Part shown: positions 25,091 through 37,990 of the stretch, in pieces
How the letters are laid out: every line of letters starts with the position of its first letter
Numbering within the stretch: the stretch's first letter is position 1
NCBI GenBank assembly: GCA_977030845.1
Contig: OZ365110.1
Coordinates: forward strand, 4,712,001 to 4,776,000
Direction: 5' to 3'
Source of the DNA: Fimbriosthenelais zetlandica
Lineage: Eukaryota
Length of the DNA: 64,000 bases
The notes under the pieces: model-generated
What the model was told of the DNA's origin: nothing
What the model saw: the letters and a program-made list of their open reading frames with translations, nothing else
The model's database searches: none
Program-made: the position numbers and the translations under genes

Positions 25091-25879
25091 TCGAGTTCCT
25101 TTATTCCTAATGGTTTAGCTCCACGTGATTTAATGCCTCGCAAATGTTGCGGAGAACATCAAATTCTGCAATTGAACTTTCTATGCGACACTTTTGATAG
25201 CTGCCTTTTTGCTTCAACCGCACCAGTTCAATTGCCATTTTTTTTAGGATGAAAGTCTCAGACAGGGAAATCAGATAGGCAATGCGTGGGTTGCAGAACC
25301 CATTTGGCTTGCAGAAGCAAATTCTGCTCACCAAAAAACGATGATGGAGAGCAGTTGGCCAGCAGTTGGCCAGCAGAAAATGCATACATTATTGTAGAAA
25401 CCCATCGAATTTCTGCTCGCAAAGATTTGGCCAAATCCTATGTATTTCTCTGTGTTGTTGACGAAACTCATCGCCAAAAAAATACAGGGAAATGCGAACA
25501 AAATATTATGCAAGCCAAAATATATCAAATCCATTTGACTACATAAACTGCGTGTCCATCCAAAGTAGTACTGATGACATAGCAGAAACCGATGGATTAC
25601 CTGCCAAAGCAGGAAGTCTGGAGGTGCATGACAGTGGGTGATACATTATAGTGGAGCTTCTGGTCACACCCTCTCCTCACAACAAGAGGAGCACTAATAA
25701 GTTATGTGTAGGAAGTCGGTGTGGATGTAGGTAATGAGTTTTATAAATATTACAGGCATGGTGGTAAGTAGAAGGTATTGGTAAAACGTGACTGGACCCA
25801 TCAACAAAGGTGTGAGGCGATACAGAATGATGCGAGAAGCAGGCCGGGTGATTAGAGACGTGTTAAAGACTGGGCGGAG

Positions 25880-26520
25880 AGGGACTGGAGATCGAGGGGA
25901 GTTGGGGAGGGAGAGGGGAGGGGAGTTGGGGAGGGAGAGGGGAGGGGAGTTGGGGAGGGAGAGGGGAGGGGAGGTGGGGAGGCTCCAGGGGGTACAGGGG
26001 GTATAGGGACTGGAGAGGGTGAGTGGCACATAGGGACTGGAGAGGGGACTGGAGAGGGGAGTGGGAGAGGGTGGGGAGAAAGTGTTCGTGGGAGGGAGGG
26101 GAGGGGGCAGAGGGGCAGAGGGACAGGAAGAGGCAAAGTAGTTGAGAGAGGGAGAAGGGAGGATGGGGAGGGAAAGGGAGGGAAAGGGAGATAATGGGTG
26201 GGAAGAGAGGGAGGTGGCGGGTGGAGAGGAGGTGAATCAGTATCCCCCTCTCTTCCGAGAGAAGAGAGGCAATGGGAAGGATATAGGAGAGAACTGAGAG
26301 AGAGGAGGTCGGGCAAAGGGATGTAAGAGTGAGGAGGGGTTGGAAAAAGAAGAAGATTTTGAGGATTGTCAGAATGATGATGATGCACCAAGTATGTCGC
26401 GGAGGGAGTATGAGGAAAGGAAATGCGAATGAGGGGACAATATGGGGATATGGGAAGTGAGGGGAAGGAATGATGAAAGGAAAAGAAGAGAGCAGACAAG
26501 AGGTGGTGGTGGGGGCGAGG
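25880..26520. repeat. purine-rich low-complexity tract containing a 24-bp minisatellite (GGGGAGTTGGGGAGGGAGAGGGGA x3.5 at 25896-25980)
   Basis: Directly visible tandem units; source of the GELGRERG and LPSPSPTP peptide repeats in the ORF track. Confidence 0.85.
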
Positions 26521-26789
26521 GAAAGTATATAAGTATATAATTGGAGATCACATATAGATATTATCCCATGTCACCTTTTACATTACCTGATGTTTCTCAG
26601 ATATGAATCAGAAAGCTTTTAATTCCTGCCCAGCAAAGATCATCTGCCGGACATGCCCACTGATGGGATCCCGGTGATACTAGACGCCCCTTTAATCACC
26701 TTGACAGACACAGGACGCTAAGATGGATTAACTAGGGGCGGACGCTGGGCATGAGGTGGGCTCAGGTGAGCACCTCAAAGGTCACCTAC

Positions 26790-26880
26790 CTGAGGAGCAG
26801 CTCAAGCAGACTGGCGGAAAGGGCATGAGGCAAACTTACCTGTAAGGAAATGAATACGGAAATTGGTCAAGAGGAGAGGA
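26790..26880 (-). other. candidate recursive splice site (3'SS fused to 5'SS) with a 50-nt RS-exon
   Basis: Minus strand reads tcctctcctcttgaccaatttccgtattcatttccttacag|GTAAGT, with the junction at 26840/26839. A second donor, cag|GTAGGT, lies 50 nt downstream at 26790/26789. Confidence 0.4.
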
Positions 26881-29800
26881 CACTAATCTATAAATATATT
26901 ACGGTTATAGTATTGTGAAATGGCCATTCTGCATGCATACATACAATAAAGCATTGAATTTCTCAAATAGATATGTGAACAATTAGATTTGTTTGCTACA
27001 TAATCTAGATAACCATAAACGTATTAGCTGATTTCAATTATGGGTAATGAGAAATGTTGGAAAGATGACTGTTCTATACTTGAATGCAATTATATTGTTA
27101 GACATTTGCAGACATGACTAGTTAGTTGAACTGGAGAAGACAAGACACTACACTTTTAGGCAGCTTGGGGAATTGAACCTGCATGGGACATCCCTATAAT
27201 TTAGATCCAAAACAATGCAGTACCTGTGCCATTGGTATGCCTATAATACACGTTTCTACCTATTCCGTCAACACTTTTGGAGACTTTAATTGAATATGAC
27301 AACTTGGGTCAAGGAGAGTGGAATCCGGGATGCATCCATAAACTATCCTCGAGTCCCTGAGTGGGAAGGGCCAGGGATCTCCATGAGTGCCCATTCCCTT
27401 AATACTAATGTGTCACCACTGGGTCACACTATCCAGGGTGGTGACAAGACCCTGGAGTTGACCCCCTCTAGCCCCCCATTCATTAGGATCATCCCTTAAT
27501 CCAGCTGTGTGTGTGGGCCCTTCCAGCCATGTCATCAAGCTTATCCCTGCCCAGACAATTCATGGCTACTCACACCATTCATCTCTCCCAGTCCGCCCTA
27601 ACCAACCCTTCCTCATCTTGACCCAGCTTTGATCAATGTTAGTAGATTTTGATGGTTATTTATGAAATCTAATCTATGGTTGAATACTATGGTTACTATT
27701 CTAGCTTCAATGATTGCTCATGGTTGACCAGACGAGAATAGATTTATAGAGTTCTTATGGTTTTATTCACTCAGCCTTTTTCTTGAGGGGCCAGACTTGG
27801 AAGTAGTATGTCTGGGAAATGGTACTGTGGACATGGGTTTACCCTCGGGCTTCTTTTACTGGAACACATTCTGTACATTAATATTAGATTTCAGAAAGGG
27901 CACCACGATGTTATCAAATGATACATACATATTGAAAAGCACCAGAAAAAATGCACGGAAAACAACAGTTACTATTCTTCAGGTATGATTTTATGTCGAT
28001 GTTTGGCTCCAAAAATGGATGATCCAAAATCTGTACTCAAAAACAAAGAAGCAGGACAGACGCTTAGGCCACAATATTTTAGTTGTACAACGCCATGGAT
28101 GTGTGTGGTATATAGCTTCACAGAGGAGATATTTATAATCATCCAAATGATTCTGTCTCCATCTGACTCTACCCCTTGTATTAGAACCAGTCGGTTTTTG
28201 TCATTAAATAGCCTCCTGTCATGCTCCAACATTCAGATTAGAATCATGTAATAATGGTAATTACATGCCATTAAAACTAATGTCATCAACCTCCCCAATA
28301 AACACAGACTTATGTGATTCAATTAATTATTGATGCAAGTATTGAAAGAATGGAAAATGATATTGTCAGACGAGTCAACGGTTCTGCATGGAATATACAA
28401 CATGCAAACCCACCATTGATTAATGGTCACTATTAATTTGAAAAAAAACTTAAAAATTAATCAGTGACAGACATCATATATATTATAGATACTTTTTATG
28501 AAAATCAAGCCAGGATAATGGGGTTGAATTTGAATAAAAGGGTTAGGGTAAAACGAAGAAGGGGGTTGGTAATGGGATTAATTGTGTGAGGTTCGGGACA
28601 ATAGAGGGAGTAGGGACAATGTTGCTCATTTTCAGTGTGACTGGTAGGTGAGCACAGCGTGACGTAGAGAGGATTGGGTAATGTGAGAGACAGGGTGGTT
28701 AGGGGATTCCTCCCTGGGGGGTTCTTCATAGCCATCTCAAATACAGGGCCGGTCGTTAAGCTGGGCACCCACCATCACGATAGATCACTAAGTTATGTTA
28801 GATCAGTTAAGTTTTGAGTCAATTGCTGGGAAGTCCATTGTAAGACTTCCCAATACGTTCATTGATAAGGATAGGTTATACGGTAGAAAAAAACACCTCA
28901 AATTCAGCCAAAAATCATTTCTACACCTTATAGAAACTCTGTCAATTCTGAGTATATTTGAATAAATTTAATTAATCAAATGTGGGTAAATTTGGGATAT
29001 AATATATCCAAAATGTTTGCAGGTGACTCTTCTATTGTATAAGCCATCTTAACTGCTATCTAAGTTGTCTATGGGAATAGTGGGGGCACACCTTTATGTG
29101 CTCTGTCAAACCAGTCTCCATCAAGGCACCTCGCTAATAGGAAACATCATGTAATTTCCCACAGAATGTTGTGAATTGAATGTCTAGTATTATGTCCAAT
29201 ATTTGATCGTACAATATCACACCGTAAAGTCTCAAGTCCACGAGCCCACTTTCTTTAAATAAGTAAGGTTGGCTCTTCAATTGTCCATAAGCAATTGATG
29301 GGCCAACAGTTGGGCCGACTGATTACGTAAAATATGGCTCAGTGGACATGGGACACTGTAGAATTTGTATGCGAGAGCTATAATGGTGTCATTTACCTTT
29401 CACACTTGATATCTAAACGTACATTTCACAGATGGGTTAAACTTTAAAAACTTTCCATTCTAAGTAACATTTGATCTAAGAAATAAAAGTAGCAGATTGA
29501 ATATAATATATATAAATTATAGCCATCTTAGAAATAACTAATGTCATTAAAATTAAAATGAAATTCCATGAAATGAAAATAAAATATAACACAGTTATAC
29601 CTTATCTGATCTAATATTGACGTTTGAGATCCATATCTCGTATCTTTAATTTAATCTATATTTTACATGCATGTCACCCCCAGCAGCGAGCTATGCCTAC
29701 TTAAGTCCCATTATTCTAACTACTAACATGGGTGAACTTTTCTGTGGATAAGGGAGCAAATTAACATAATTCCCATCAACCGCCTGAATGGAAAATGCAA

Positions 29801-32800
29801 TCGCATGTAAGTGCAATGAAAATAATTGTCCTCTGCATGTCCCTGTTTCTTTCTCTCAAGCATATGTAAGATTCTGACATCAATTATTTCTTTTTCCTTA
29901 ATAAGACAGATTTTCAATGATTCATGCCCGTATAAAGTATTCAGTCTAGCATGTGCGTGTTATACTGCTCCCCCATAGGCAGAAACATTATGCAATTAAC
30001 TGCAATTATAGAACGCAGCCTAACTACATTTCCTTTCGTGGGCCTTCACTTGCATGTCATCTAATTAAGATTTTTTTATAATTTCATGGAGAGCATCCAG
30101 TTAAGTCTCTCAGACTATCGTGAAATGATTGTTTTGGTTCAGGGTGCTGCACAGCTCGGTGTTCCATTCTCCTTAAATGGAGGGCGTAATGAACCCACTT
30201 CCGGTCTCCTCTATTATCACCCACTTCACTTACTAAGTTCGCTGATACTTTGTCTGAAAAGGATTTATTTCCTGGAACACCCTGGGTTACTCCATTTAAG
30301 CGAATAGACCATAAATTTACTCTTATTTTAGGAAACCTTGATTTTTAAATATATTATTGAATCTCTCAAACTCTCAGTTAAATTTTAATGTTAAACCTCG
30401 CTTAACGACCTAACGTACCCTGCTTATCAGGATAATATATATTATTTTGTTACACCATTCAACGTCTAATTAATTAATTATTCGAATATAATATTTACAA
30501 GTATTGACGGTTTATGAAATTTAGTTTCCATATAGTTATATCAAATCCTTCATTATTAAGCAGCCAATAGTTTTCATCGTAGCCTAATTTTAAGCCTCAA
30601 CCATTCGAGTCAGACAGTAATAGAAGATGATCTTACTATTAATATCTCCTAAATCGCAATAAACATGCAGTTTCATCAACTGGAAATACATGTAACTGTA
30701 GAAGACAAGATGAGCATTTCATCTTTAAAAAGTTGTCATTATAGTGAATAGTTTCTCCCATGGCTTTGGACTGGAAAGGTTATGGAAGCTGCGACATAAC
30801 CTTATAAGGTTTGGAGCGATGAAAAATACCAGATAGGGGAGATTTTATTAGGAGAGAAGTCATTGACCTGACATTTCTCAACTTGCTCCTGCCTTTCGCG
30901 TAAATTTTCCTACATATAAAGGTGGGGGACTGTAGGCCCAAAGTCAAAGTGAACAAACCGAAAGAAGACAATTCCATGGACAGAAGTAAAGATTATTTCT
31001 GTCGAGAAATGGAGATTGTTTTTAGATTATTCTTCAGTTGAATTCATTGACTTGTTTTTTAAATTCGAAAATGAAGCTATGAAAGCTTCTTCATCGTAAA
31101 GTTATGGCAATAAAGGAAAGGGAGAATAATCCACCAAATACCATATCATACCATATTGACAAATCGATAGCCCAGAGCCTAATCTACCAACAAGAGGAGT
31201 GCACAGCTCCTATACATGCTTTCCCCAGCTATATCCCACCCACCATGCAACCTTTCCTTTTGCCTATTGAAAAGTTGTATGTATAGACAAGCACAAACAA
31301 ATCGATGTATCATTTTACTGATAAAAACAGCACTTCACCGAGATCTGCGAACAGAAAGATGTCGACCCAACAAAACAAACATAGAATGAGGAGCCAATCC
31401 TCCAGATTCCTTTAATCCTTGCTACTCATATATCACACTTAGCATGCCAAGCCTTGGGAAGCTTTTAGATTTTTAGATGGCTATTTCGTTGGGCTAGGAT
31501 CGGATTAGATCCAAAATAAAAAAAGAGACAGCGGTAGAAAAAAAACATGAGTTATTCTATGGTCATGTCCGAGTCTTCTAATGGAATCGGTAATATGAGT
31601 ATATTTAAAATGGCAGACTTCCCATGCATCGTCTGCCACTGGTAGTTAGCACCATTGTGAGTAACGGAGGTTTTTTGTTGCTTAAATGTTATAGGGACAA
31701 TTTGGTGTCAGTAGAGAGAAAAGCTTTACTTTTAATGGCATGGACATATTCGTTAGGTTGTATAGGAAAACCAGCCTTAAATCACAGGGTCCCAAAATTC
31801 TGATTGCAGCCTAAGCCAGGAATTAGTGCCTGAAGAAATATACATTGTTACTAAAAAAAATAAACAGGCTATAAATGAGAATTTTCATCCAACATGCATA
31901 TAAATGTATATGAATCTGAAGGTAAAACACAAACAAAACTTTCATTGAAAGATACTGTTGTGTATATATTGTACTTTATAATAGCAATTCGGGCGGCTTG
32001 GCTAACTATAAAAAAAGAGTTATTGACTACGTGCGACCATCGACATGCATTTTTTTCTATACATGATTTTAGTTTATAATGCTTGGTATAATTATATATA
32101 ATACTGTTTAGCCATACTATTATCTGTAGATATTAGTATGGTTAAACACATACACTTAAATAGAGCTTTGCTCTAAATAATTACTTACTACAACAACAAA
32201 ATACTGAGCCCTGCAGGCCAGTTATCTTGTCTCTGATTAGTAGGAATTAAGGAGTGGGAAATGTATTTTATTATTGCCATGTGATATTCTAAATATAGGC
32301 CTATAGTCTATTAGAACTGTTTCATATGTGCTCTGTCTAAACATCGGATATTCTGATTTGAAATATATTGTCCCAGAGGAAGGATGGGATATGGGGGAAC
32401 CTGGTAAGGGACTGTCTGCGGACATCTGAAACCACACTAATATAGCACTCTCCTCTTTGTGCCCTTCCTGAAGGTCAATGTCCTTTTACGGAAGGTCCAT
32501 CAGCCGGGGACGGTACCTAGGGACCCCTGGTTTTACCCAGTTTCCACAGTAAATTGACACCTTGAGCTGGATGGTATCCGATACACCTATCTCTAGACCT
32601 CACTCTTTCTAATGCAGTAGAGGACTCGGGGGACTCGCACCGAAAGCCAACGCACCCATAAAATCTCTACACAGTGTCGCACAATTCCATAATTATAATA
32701 GGCCTACAGCATTCTAGACTATTCTAGACTGTTTCTAAGGTTTTGAAAATTGACAAATAGCAAAAGGCAACGAGGTATAGATATTTGAACAGAAACAGAA

Positions 32801-34114
32801 AACGCTGGATAATGTAATGGTTATATGAAGTCAGAAGTCCTTGTAGCAGCAAAGGCTTGATTTGGGGGTTTTTCTTTTGTTTTGTTAACATTTTTGTTGT
32901 AGCTGTAGTTTTGCCATTTTTTTCCTTTTTATGCTTTTGACTATCGAAATCACATCGTAACTGAACAAGCTGGCCTAGCAAGTAGGCCTAGAAATTATGA
33001 GGGGATAATATTTCGGAAGTTATTTTCAATCAGTTATGTCAGTTTGGGTAAAATTAGTCCATATGATAGGACCGTATGATCAATAGCCTCTCAGATGGAA
33101 TAATTCACTCACTTTTCACTCTATATATCACTCTCTTATACTGTCCTTCAAAAACTCGGTGGAGTCTTTTCACACAAATGAAAGCAGCTGTGAGGTCAGG
33201 GGCTAATAAAATATGAAAGGCAGTCCAACACTAATACAAAAGTTGCCCAACTTCCATTAAAACTTGGGATTTGGAAAGAGATACAAGGGAGGCCCCGGGG
33301 AGAGATCTAGTAAATGAATCTTTCAATGACCAGACTAAGTTCTCCTCACAAATCCATCATCCTTTCTGTGGTGTGGACAGAGAAGTGTCTAGGGTTTCTT
33401 AACTAAAGTCTAGTCTTATATAACCATCCATCATCTTAGGGAAAGAAGGGGTCAGGTAATTTAGCCACGACAGGACTAGTGCGTTTCTTCTCAGGTATAA
33501 TGATTTCAACCTTGTTGAAATAAGGATTTCACATTAATCTGCCCCTGAGAAGTATTTAACATTACGTATATGTCTCTCATAAATATCTGTTCAGTACTTG
33601 GACCCAAATACGGAACCAACTTCGAACGCTTTTGATCTGACCTGTTTGGGGAAACTTGAAGGAAGTGCTGGAATCTTTGGAAGGGTTTGTACTAGGTTCC
33701 TTTCTCTTTTTTCTGGCCACGTTTCTTTTTTCTCATTGAGTAGTAAACTGTTATTGAGTTAGAAATAAGGGTCCATCTTAAGCACTGCATGACCTGTAAG
33801 CATTAGTATAGCATCCAGACTCGCTCACCAGACAAAAGTAGTGCAACATTGCAATGTTCGAGGTATAACCAGTGAGGGAATGTGCAATACTTTTTTCGGG
33901 GGAGTGTAGCAAAAATAATACGGCGCATACGGTTTAGGGCAAGATTTTAGGATGTCACCACAAGTCATGTGACACCAACCTCCTCCTGTTCATGCTTTTG
34001 ACCTTACCACCCTTCCCTCGACCTTGGTACGACCTTGAGAACGAAAAAGAGAATCTGAAGAGAGGAGACCAGACATATCTCGTCTCTCTCTCTCTCTTCA
34101 ATCAGGCCCGCGGG

Positions 34115-34201
34115 TTCCTTTTAAAGCAGCATTCACATACTGTGTCAACGCGCTTCTTAAGCCACCAACCAACACAACAAGTACTTGTTAAGATGGTGAG
34201 T
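34115..34201 (+). other. candidate first exon ending in ATG followed by a consensus donor
   Basis: TTTAAAG near 34120, then an A/C-rich UTR-like stretch (accaaccaacacaacaag), then aagATG|GTGAGT (ATG 34193-34195). No downstream coding exon was identified. Confidence 0.3.
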
Positions 34202-36129
34202 AAACCTGGTGGAAAACAGCATATATTTGCGGAGGGTGACCCCCATTCTGCTTCAAAGGCAGTCGGGATGTTTGCTTGTGGTGGTCCGCGGGTGGACATC
34301 AATGTCTTAGCCAAGGACGTGCCTACTACCGTGTTATGGACATGGAAAATCCTCGCAAAATGAGGACAATTGAAAGGGATTTGGCCGGGTGTGGAGGTGT
34401 TACAAAGTGAGGGATGGAGTAGAGTCAACATGGGAAGCTCGGTACAGGAGATATGTGGCTCCATATTGCACGCCCGGGCTTTACAGCTAGAGGTATATCA
34501 CTTAAGGTTCAGACGCAATTTCCTTTGGTAATCTGTAAGGATTTTCCTTAAACAATCTTTGATGCAATCTTTATTGGTGTAGGCGTAAAGTAAGGGCATG
34601 TCCTATTATTCAAGGGAACAAAGTCTTTAAAGGCCGATTTTCTGCAAAGAGAAATGGACCAAATGATTTTTGTCATTTATATAGGTCATATACAATGTAG
34701 ACAATTGGTCGGGACGATTGGAACTTCAAACTAGAGAACCAATCGCGGGGACGATCATGGGGACTTCATGTGATAACCATCTCCACAAATCTTTGGATTG
34801 TCTGAAAGTCCCACCAAAATTGCTATTTCGGGCAGGATTTTCAGAACAATTACCAAATCAGCTTCATAATTCTGACTTAACTCCTTACAAAGAACAGAAT
34901 TTCACTCAAACTTAATATTTTACTTTCTGCCCTCCTTCCAAGTTTAAACACACTATATGGTGTGAGCCGATTTTCAAAATGCAGAGCCATTTGCGAGGAG
35001 CAAACAGTAATCCCCACATTTCCACATTGCCATTCTGCAGTAGCTTCCCCTCCTACAGGATACAAATTGCCAATTCTCTGTCTGGGTCTGGATGGGGTAA
35101 TCTCGTCACAGCGGCCGCCAGCTAGGACCTCCCGATCCCTGATCGCTATCTATGAACACTGCATATATCTGCACTGATTTCACACAGGGTTAAGGCAACT
35201 GCTTAGTTTGTAGCATCAGTAAAAAAAAATGTGTGAATTGTGTTTATTTTGATTGTAATTTGTACTTTTGTCTTCTTAACAACTATATATATAATATTGT
35301 AATACTCATTGAATCTATGATGTAATCTGGTTGAGCTAGGAAGGAAGATAATCCTGGGGGAATATTTAAGAACTCCGATATAGGCTAAAACACATCCCAA
35401 CGAACTTTGTGAAACTTCTTTAAGGAGAGATTTTTGCGTTACTATAAAAATATATAGATAGAATCGATGTCTTACGGAATTATTGTACCACAGATGTGAT
35501 TGTAGGCCTATACATACGCTGACAAAATGGCCCACTGGACATGGGGCTTATTAGTAAATTGGTCCTATTAACACATTAGAACTTTATCTCCTGAGTCTGT
35601 CGTATATCCATCCAGATTTTAGTACCGGTAGCACTAATACTTTGACTGGAACTGACATCGGAAGAGCGTCAAGCGAAAAACATTCAATCATCCTTTGGGA
35701 TTATAATGTTACAACGAGGCTTTTAACAGGGGAATTAGATACATCTGCATTTGAATGGAACCATTGCTCAAAAGATAGCAGATGGTCCCGTTCAAAAGGC
35801 CTAATTTGCTATTCTATCATCTCTGATCCTGCCAAGTGAGCAGTGACAAAGCTCCAACATAGGAAAGAGCTGTGTTAAAAACGCTTCAAACATCAGATTT
35901 CCCATCAAAAGCGGATTCAATGTTATCTATTCAGTCGGTGCATAATAAAGCATAACAATGATTTATCCCATTTGTTATTCAATATGAAAAGTATTCGCAA
36001 AAGGCGTAAAATACGGGAAAAGTTCGCGTCAGATTCTGGGGAAAGTTTGCTTTGAATAAGCAGGAGTGAAAGCAATCAATATGATTTTTACTGGGAGAGG
36101 GTGTTGGAGAACATCTGCATGATTTTCTT

Positions 36130-36525
36130 TTTCATTTCTCTCTGCCAGAGCTCTATAATTTCTCTCCTCACCCTCACCAGAAACTCTACTTTCACACCCT
36201 CCCCGAACATCGACCTCTCCCTCTTTTCCATCTACATTTTCTCTTCTTTTTTTTCTCACATTCCCTCTAAGCTCTATCCCTCTTTTCATCCCACTCTCCA
36301 CACACTCCCTCACACTTTCCTCTTTCCTCCTCCCTCATCTCTCCCTCGCTTCAGCCCCTCTCATTCATCTATCCCTCTTTCCACCCATTTCTTCTGTCTC
36401 TGTCCCTCCTCTCTATGCTCTTCTCTCCCCCTCTTCCTCCTCCTATCTCTCTCCCACCATCCCTCTTCTCTCCCTCCCTCCCTCTTCTCTCCCCCTCTCT
36501 CTAGTCTCCCTCCCTCCACATTAAA
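36130..36525. repeat. long polypyrimidine (CT-rich) low-complexity tract
   Basis: About 400 bp dominated by C/T. Confidence 0.85.
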
Positions 36526-37559
36526 GCTTCAGCCACAGTTCCACCTGAACGGTGGCGTGATCCGCTATTATTATGAAATGTAAAAAGCTCAGAAGGCCGA
36601 GGCGACACTCTCGGATGGAGAGCTGCGTGTTGGTTCTCTTGGCCCATTATCACCAATCGTCCAATTTCTGCCAATCAAACAGACCTGGAGAGCATGATGA
36701 TGGGGATTTTTGTGAGGGTCAGGCGCCAGGCGCCGGCATAACACATGCAGCCTGTCTACAACCGCTATTATATATAGCGCCAGCCATATATATACTAACG
36801 CAGGCGCCATCTTGGAATGCAACGGTATCAGAGATTCTATACTATTCTGTCATGCAATCTAAGCTCAGTATCTTACATTACCATCTGCAATACTTGGGAA
36901 GTTTTATCATGTATTTTTCAACTAAAGATGAGAGTTAATACACAGGAAGTTTCACAAGTTATTGTACCGTGCAAGCAGTATAGGCAGGCCCAAGTTTTCT
37001 CTATAGAACTTTATGTGTTGAGTTGTTTTATGAAAAAGGCATAAGTTGTTATTTCCAATAAAATTATTTTAGCCTTAATGAACTCTTAATGAACTTTCTC
37101 CGGACAGTATAAACAAAGTAAAGTCCCAAAAATTGTTCTTTCCTATCATTCTAAGAAATGCAAGGTGATGACATGAAGTTACATATTGGAGTGATTTAGC
37201 CAGCTAGAGTAGATAATCTGGGACAATTTTCAGACTCTGTAACCTTTCCACTTCTTGGTGATGTGGAATGGGTGCAGACAGAGATGGCCTACCACATCCT
37301 GTGTGTCCACAAGGCAATGGAGCAGCACCTATAGGAACCCCAGATGATTCTTAACCTCGAAGAAACCACAGAAAGTCTGCAAGCAATCTGGTCTATGTTA
37401 GACTTCTGCCTGGCTAGTCTATGGCGTAATATTGGACGCCATGACTAACTTAATTAGAAAGGGTCGAGAGGAAAAGCAGACTGGAAAGCATTCTCAAGAT
37501 GTCCCCTTTATATTATTATGAAGATAAATCACCTATTAAGGGGCATGGATTTGTGTAAT

Positions 37560-37990
37560 ATAATTGAATGGATCTACACAGCACATAATTTCCCAGGTGG
37601 TTGTGGTTGATATTTATATCAGAGAAATCCTGTTTGGAAGGACATTGAGGTCAAAATAGCAATTGAAATCAATAGAATATTTTGAGTTTATTGGGACAAT
37701 TTTGCCCATATATATTGCAGAAATCATTAGTATTGCTCAGTACAATACAAATAATATTGTGGAGGAAAATGCAATTTAATTTATCTATGCACTAGAAAAC
37801 TTCCCATGTGGTTGTGGCACATATAATTGTCTATGATTATCTTGAAAGGCAATTGCATAAGGTCAAATATCTATTATAGCAGTAGGTGTGAATTTGTATT
37901 TAATATAGAAGCTTTCCAGTTCTTGGGTCATATTTACCCATGTATTTTGTAGCAATAATAATCATTAAATTTCTCAGTACAGATAATTTT
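37560..37990. repeat. old tandem duplication, unit about 210-240 bp, two copies
   Basis: ttccca(g/t)gtggttgtgg at 37590 and 37801; ttggg(a/t)ca..ttt.cccat...aatcatta....ctcagtaca ending near 37744 and 37981. Confidence 0.5.

Noticed and set aside
25852-26499. 215-aa proline-rich ORF (longest in track)
   Set aside because: It is a translation of a purine-rich low-complexity tract and minisatellite, with no domain or splice support.
28540-28552. telomere-like GGGTTAGGGT
   Set aside because: Fewer than two full units; chance occurrence.
32377-32403. 27-nt putative exon read as a collagen-like GEPG peptide
   Set aside because: Glycine is not in Gly-X-Y register and the acceptor is weak.
36101-36583. 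160-aa S/L/P/F-rich ORF
   Set aside because: It is a translation of a polypyrimidine tract.
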